Assembly (NCBI GenBank): GCA_965218885.1 | Contig: OZ244713.1 | Span: forward strand, 3,128,638 to 3,192,637 | DNA length: 64,000 bases | Origin: a bacterium | GTDB lineage: Bacteria; UBA8248 | Direction: 5' to 3' | The notes under the pieces: generated by a model | The model's database searches: none | What the model saw: only the letters and a program-made list of their open reading frames with translations | Told to the model about the DNA's origin: nothing | Part shown: piece after piece, positions 60,565 through 64,000 of the stretch | Layout: every line of letters starts with the position of its first letter | Position numbering within the stretch: position 1 is the stretch's first letter | Made by a program: the position numbers and the translations under genes

Positions 60565-60988
60565 AAAAGACCCAGATGAAGAGCGGGGTGAGCAAAGCGA
60601 TCAGCGCGAGGGTCCGCCATTCCCGCAGCCCGAGCTGAAAGGCGAACAGGGCGACCGCGACGAGGGTGGCGGGGAGCATCCCGAACCACTCGACGAGGAG
60701 GATGTAGAGGGCGAAGGTGGCGACCGGCACCAGGGCGCGGGTCCGAAGCGGCCCGCCGGGAAGGCCCTCACTTCCGGAGGAGGGGGAGAACCAGTTTCGC
60801 GCGGCCATCAGGGCGGCCATGAGCGCCAGAGCGGAGAGGGCAAGAAAGGGAAAGGCGCTGGGCGGGAACGGGATGGTCCGCTCCCCCACCTTTCGGATCA
60901 GCACCTGGCTGGGTATCAGCGCCAGTCCGGCCAGACTGATGACGAGAACGGCAAGCCCTACCCACGTCTCCCATTGGAATCGCTTCAC
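60506..60988 (-). CDS. tctB: Tripartite tricarboxylate transporter small membrane protein TctB
   Basis: 160 aa with four TM helices, upstream of and overlapping tctA. Confidence 0.7.
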   Translation of the reverse strand: MKRFQWETWVGLAVLVISLAGLALIPSQVLIRKVGERTIPFPPSAFPFLALSALALMAALMAARNWFSPSSGSEGLPGGPLRTRALVPVATFALYILLVEWFGMLPATLVAVALFAFQLGLREWRTLALIALLTPLFIWVFFGRFLGVVLPEGRLSGGVF

Positions 60989-61999
60989 TGTGCTCGGCCT
61001 CCAGCTGGGCGCTCACGACCTCAAGGCCCGCTCTCAGAGCAAAGCGGCGCAACTATCGACCTAACGCTCTCCCGCGAAAGGGCGCCCGGCGAAGGGCCTC
61101 TATTCCGTCGACCTCTTTGAGAGGCAAGGGAGCCGTCATTTCGATTTATGCCATACCCGCAGAATACGGGACGGCGTCATACGGGTCAAACGAGGGGAAC
61201 CATATACTTAGCCGGCCAACCATATCAATCCAGTCATTATGATATCCGGTCACGTCCCGGACGCGCTCCGGCTCAATCTCAATGACGACTCGGTTGATCG
61301 TGAATCGCCGGGATCGGCCGCGTTCCCTCCAGGTGATGCGAAGCCCGAGGGCGGCAATTCCTCCGGGACAAGACCAGTCGCCACCACTTCGGGGCCAACC
61401 ATGCCCGCCTCAAATTGGGGATCTTGGCCTGGAATCTGCTTCACATGTTTCGCACTTTCCATGTCAAAGGCGAGGTGGTCAGGCGATCCATCGAGTGGCT
61501 GATCAAAGGCTCATCAAAGTCGGGGCCAGGGTCTCCTGTAACGCCAGGAGGTGGCAGGTTCACGCGGCGTCAGCCTTCCGGCCGGCGCACCACTACCGGG
61601 CGGCTTTCGGATATGAGTGACGCGAGGTTGCCCTGGTGTCGAACCAGAAAACAGGGCGGCATTGATTCCGGGAAAAAGAGAAATGCCTATTGACCCGGGT
61701 TTTGGCCGGAAAGAGCGCCCCGGGGATGTCTTTCAGCGGCTATGGTGGTCTTCCCTGCGAGAAGCATCGTCCGAAAAAGGAAAAATTGCGCCAACTTTAC
61801 CTATGGGGGTTGTTGGCGCATAATTCCAGAGATTGTAAATTCTGTTTAGAACATAAGGCGCCAGGGGTTTTCGGTCGGAAAGATGTTTCTTGCCTCGATG
61901 GGTGGAACGCGAATCCCCTATGAGGATGACCGTTTCCTGAGTTTCCTCAGAAGGGAAAGACCTACTGATCCATTTTATTCTAAAAGGGAGGGTAGCGTC

Positions 62000-62980
62000 A
62001 TGCACAATTTGAAGAACATGTATTTGTCGGTGGCGGCATTTGTCCTTCTTGGGGCCTTCAGCCTCGGGCCGGTAACCCCTGTCGCGGCAGTTGAGCGCAT
62101 CTCTTTCGCCTCTAGTGGAGTAGGGGCCGTCTTTCACGTCATGGTAGGAGGACTGGCTCCATATGTGAGTGAGCGCATTAAGGATCTGGAGGTGACGGCG
62201 GAGGCTACGCGGGGTTCGTTGGAGAATTTGCGCCTGGTCCAAAAACGTGAGTCGGACATGGCTTTCATCGTTGGATTCATCCTCTACGACGCCATGCACA
62301 AGAGGGGGCGCTTCAAGAAATCGGACTACAGGAAAGTCCGTGGCGTCACGGCCGTTTACAAGGGTCTCCACCACTGGGTAACCCTCGCGAACAGCGGTAT
62401 TCGTACGATGCGGGATCTGAAAGGCAAGACAGTCGCCGTCGGCCCCCCGGGCAGCGGGGTGTCCCGCGCGTCCGAAAGGGCGCTGAAGCTGATGGGGATC
62501 CGCCCCAACGTGAAGGTCCGGAAGATGGGATGGGCGGATGCGGGTAACGCTCTAAAGGACGGGAATATCCATGCGTTCGCCGCCATGTCGGCCATCCCCG
62601 TTCCTGTAGTCGTTAACGTCGCCGCCACCCATCGTATCAACCTGCTGCCTGTGGACAAGGGGCTGATGAAGTCCATCGTGAAAGTGAATCCCACCTATTT
62701 TGAGATGAGCATTCCGGGCAAAACCTACCAGGGAGTGGCCAAGCCGGTCCCGATGCTCGCCTACGAAGCCTTCTGGGTGGCCCATGAGGAAGTGAAACCG
62801 CGGGTGGTGTATGAGATGCTCAAAGTGACCTATAAGCCCAAGACGCGTAAATTCCTCAATAACGTTCACCCGGGCTGGGCTCAACTCGCTCCTGGGGTGG
62901 ACCGTATGAAAAAACTCATAGGCTTGCGCTTGCACCCGGGCGCTGAGCGATACTGGCGGGAGGCGGGGCAAATTAAATAA
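62000..62980 (+). CDS. TAXI-family TRAP transporter solute-binding subunit
   Basis: Signal peptide plus the TAXI pattern (DMAFIVGF..., KGKTVAVGPPGSG); GGGAGGG RBS before MHNLKNM. Confidence 0.85.
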   Translation: MHNLKNMYLSVAAFVLLGAFSLGPVTPVAAVERISFASSGVGAVFHVMVGGLAPYVSERIKDLEVTAEATRGSLENLRLVQKRESDMAFIVGFILYDAMHKRGRFKKSDYRKVRGVTAVYKGLHHWVTLANSGIRTMRDLKGKTVAVGPPGSGVSRASERALKLMGIRPNVKVRKMGWADAGNALKDGNIHAFAAMSAIPVPVVVNVAATHRINLLPVDKGLMKSIVKVNPTYFEMSIPGKTYQGVAKPVPMLAYEAFWVAHEEVKPRVVYEMLKVTYKPKTRKFLNNVHPGWAQLAPGVDRMKKLIGLRLHPGAERYWREAGQIK

Positions 62981-63039
62981 GTCTTCCATGTCGTGAAAGT
63001 CGCGGCAGCCTACGGGGGGATCGGCCCATAGAAGAAAGC

Positions 63040-64000
63040 ATGAAAACCGGAAGACGGGGCTATTCGGCCCGTCTCCGGGAGGGGGTGGCGGCCCTCTTTT
63101 CCCTCCTCTACATCTACCAAGCGGGTTTCGGCACTTTCGACCCCGAGGTGCATCGGGGCTTGTACATCCTCTTTACCCTGCTGCTCGTCTTCCTCTTTTA
63201 CCCTTTGCCACGAGGTTCCCGCCGGCGGCTCGGACTCCTGGCGGATAGCCTATTCGTGATCCTCGCCATAGCCTCCATCGGGTATTTCATTGTCGAGTAC
63301 CCCCGCTTCGCCGAGGACGCCGGCCTCGACCTCGGGCCGTGGGACAAGGCATTGGGCCTAGTGGCTCTCGCCATGGCGCTGGAAGCGTGCCGGAGGACTC
63401 TGGGATGGATCCTTCCCGCCCTGGCGGTCTTCTTTTTCCTCTATCTCTTCTGGGGCCCTTACTTCCCGGCTGTCATCGCTCACCGGGGGTACAGCCTGGA
63501 CCGCGTACTCGGCCTCATGTACGCCAGCACCGAGGGCGTATTCGGGGTGGTCACCTATGTCTTCGCCACCTATGTCTTCCCCTTCATGATCTTCGGCGCC
63601 TTCTTGCGAGAGACAGGGGCGGTGGACTTCTTTTTAGACCTCTCCCAGGCCACCGTGGGCACACTCCGAGGAGGGCCGGCGAAGGCCGCCGTGATTTCTA
63701 GCTTCATCCTGGGATCCTTGATAGGAAGCTCAACGGCCAACACAGCCATCACGGGTACGGTTACCATTCCCCTGATGAAGCGGTCCGGCTTTCGCCCTCA
63801 CGCGGCCGGGGGCATCGAGGCGGCGGCCTCCATCGGCGGCCAGTTCATGCCGCCGGTGATGGGCGCCGGCGCGTTTCTCATGGTGGGTCTCACAGGCATC
63901 CCTTATCTGGAGGTCATCAAAATCTCCGCCATCCCGGCCGTCTTGTTCTTCTTCAGCGTATTTGTCCTGGTTCACTTCGAGGCCTGCAAGGAAGGTCTGG
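63040..64000 (+). CDS. TRAP transporter fused permease (TAXI-associated), 5' partial at window end
   Basis: Begins MKTGRRGYSA and is polytopic. The ORF runs open to the window edge. Confidence 0.7.
   Translation, partial: MKTGRRGYSARLREGVAALFSLLYIYQAGFGTFDPEVHRGLYILFTLLLVFLFYPLPRGSRRRLGLLADSLFVILAIASIGYFIVEYPRFAEDAGLDLGPWDKALGLVALAMALEACRRTLGWILPALAVFFFLYLFWGPYFPAVIAHRGYSLDRVLGLMYASTEGVFGVVTYVFATYVFPFMIFGAFLRETGAVDFFLDLSQATVGTLRGGPAKAAVISSFILGSLIGSSTANTAITGTVTIPLMKRSGFRPHAAGGIEAAASIGGQFMPPVMGAGAFLMVGLTGIPYLEVIKISAIPAVLFFFSVFVLVHFEACKEGL

Noticed and set aside
61600-61640. tRNA-like string ggttgccctggtgtcgaacc
   Set aside because: It has no T-loop consensus (GTTCGAATC), no acceptor or anticodon arm pairing, and no cloverleaf.
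61200-61700. Possible IS4/IS5-type transposase remnant
   Set aside because: The IS-like strings occur in the wrong order and in separate frames. There are no terminal inverted repeats or DDE motifs, so the evidence is too weak for a mobile_element call.

Overview
This is a high-GC (~60%) bacterial chromosomal window, rich in repeats, with conserved housekeeping operons interleaved with accessory or degraded segments. I found no rRNA, tRNA or CRISPR array.

The conserved core includes cca and a complete pyrR-pyrB-pyrC-carA-carB operon with a PyrR-binding leader and terminator. It also includes mfd, rodZ, two SurA-like PPIases, pdxA, a DAHP synthase with a Phe-rich leader and terminator, and two quinone oxidoreductases. 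Transporters are a tctCAB tricarboxylate system and a TAXI-TRAP system.

The unusual content, in window order:
1. Bases 1-2640 hold a tandem array of five paralogous small membrane-protein genes. Each sits behind its own promoter carried on a repeat element, and the copies differ by an in-frame 33-bp repeat number.
2. Bases 2460-3760 are a gene-free block of nested hairpin and MITE-like repeats. The same families recur at 49.6 kb, 51.0-51.3 kb and 56.9 kb.
3. Bases 13.2-16.8 kb carry a two-gene NTPase module (a STAND-like ATPase with wHTH and TPR, plus an Arch_ATPase-like protein). Its promoter is embedded in a 10-bp perfect palindrome.
4. Bases 17.8-23.3 kb are an accessory operon for a selenium-dependent molybdenum hydroxylase (yqeB, MoxR AAA, vWA, yqeC, xdhC). 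No hydroxylase structural genes are in the window.
5. At 25866-26474 is a UGSC-motif selenoprotein gene with an in-frame TGA and a SECIS-like hairpin. Next to it lies the remnant of an acyl-CoA dehydrogenase paralog with an internal deletion.
6. Bases 47.2-53.7 kb are an accessory junkyard. It holds a frameshifted ankyrin gene, a 1.6-kb low-GC island with three orphan small genes, a chimeric ParD-antitoxin and substrate-binding-protein fragment, and a membrane pentapeptide-repeat protein.
7. A 270-bp tandem duplication copies the 3' end of a MetE-like gene.
8. A Phd/YefM-RelE/ParE toxin-antitoxin module sits at 57.2-57.9 kb.

All functional calls are inferred from ORF translations and recognisable motifs. 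I could not run any database search.
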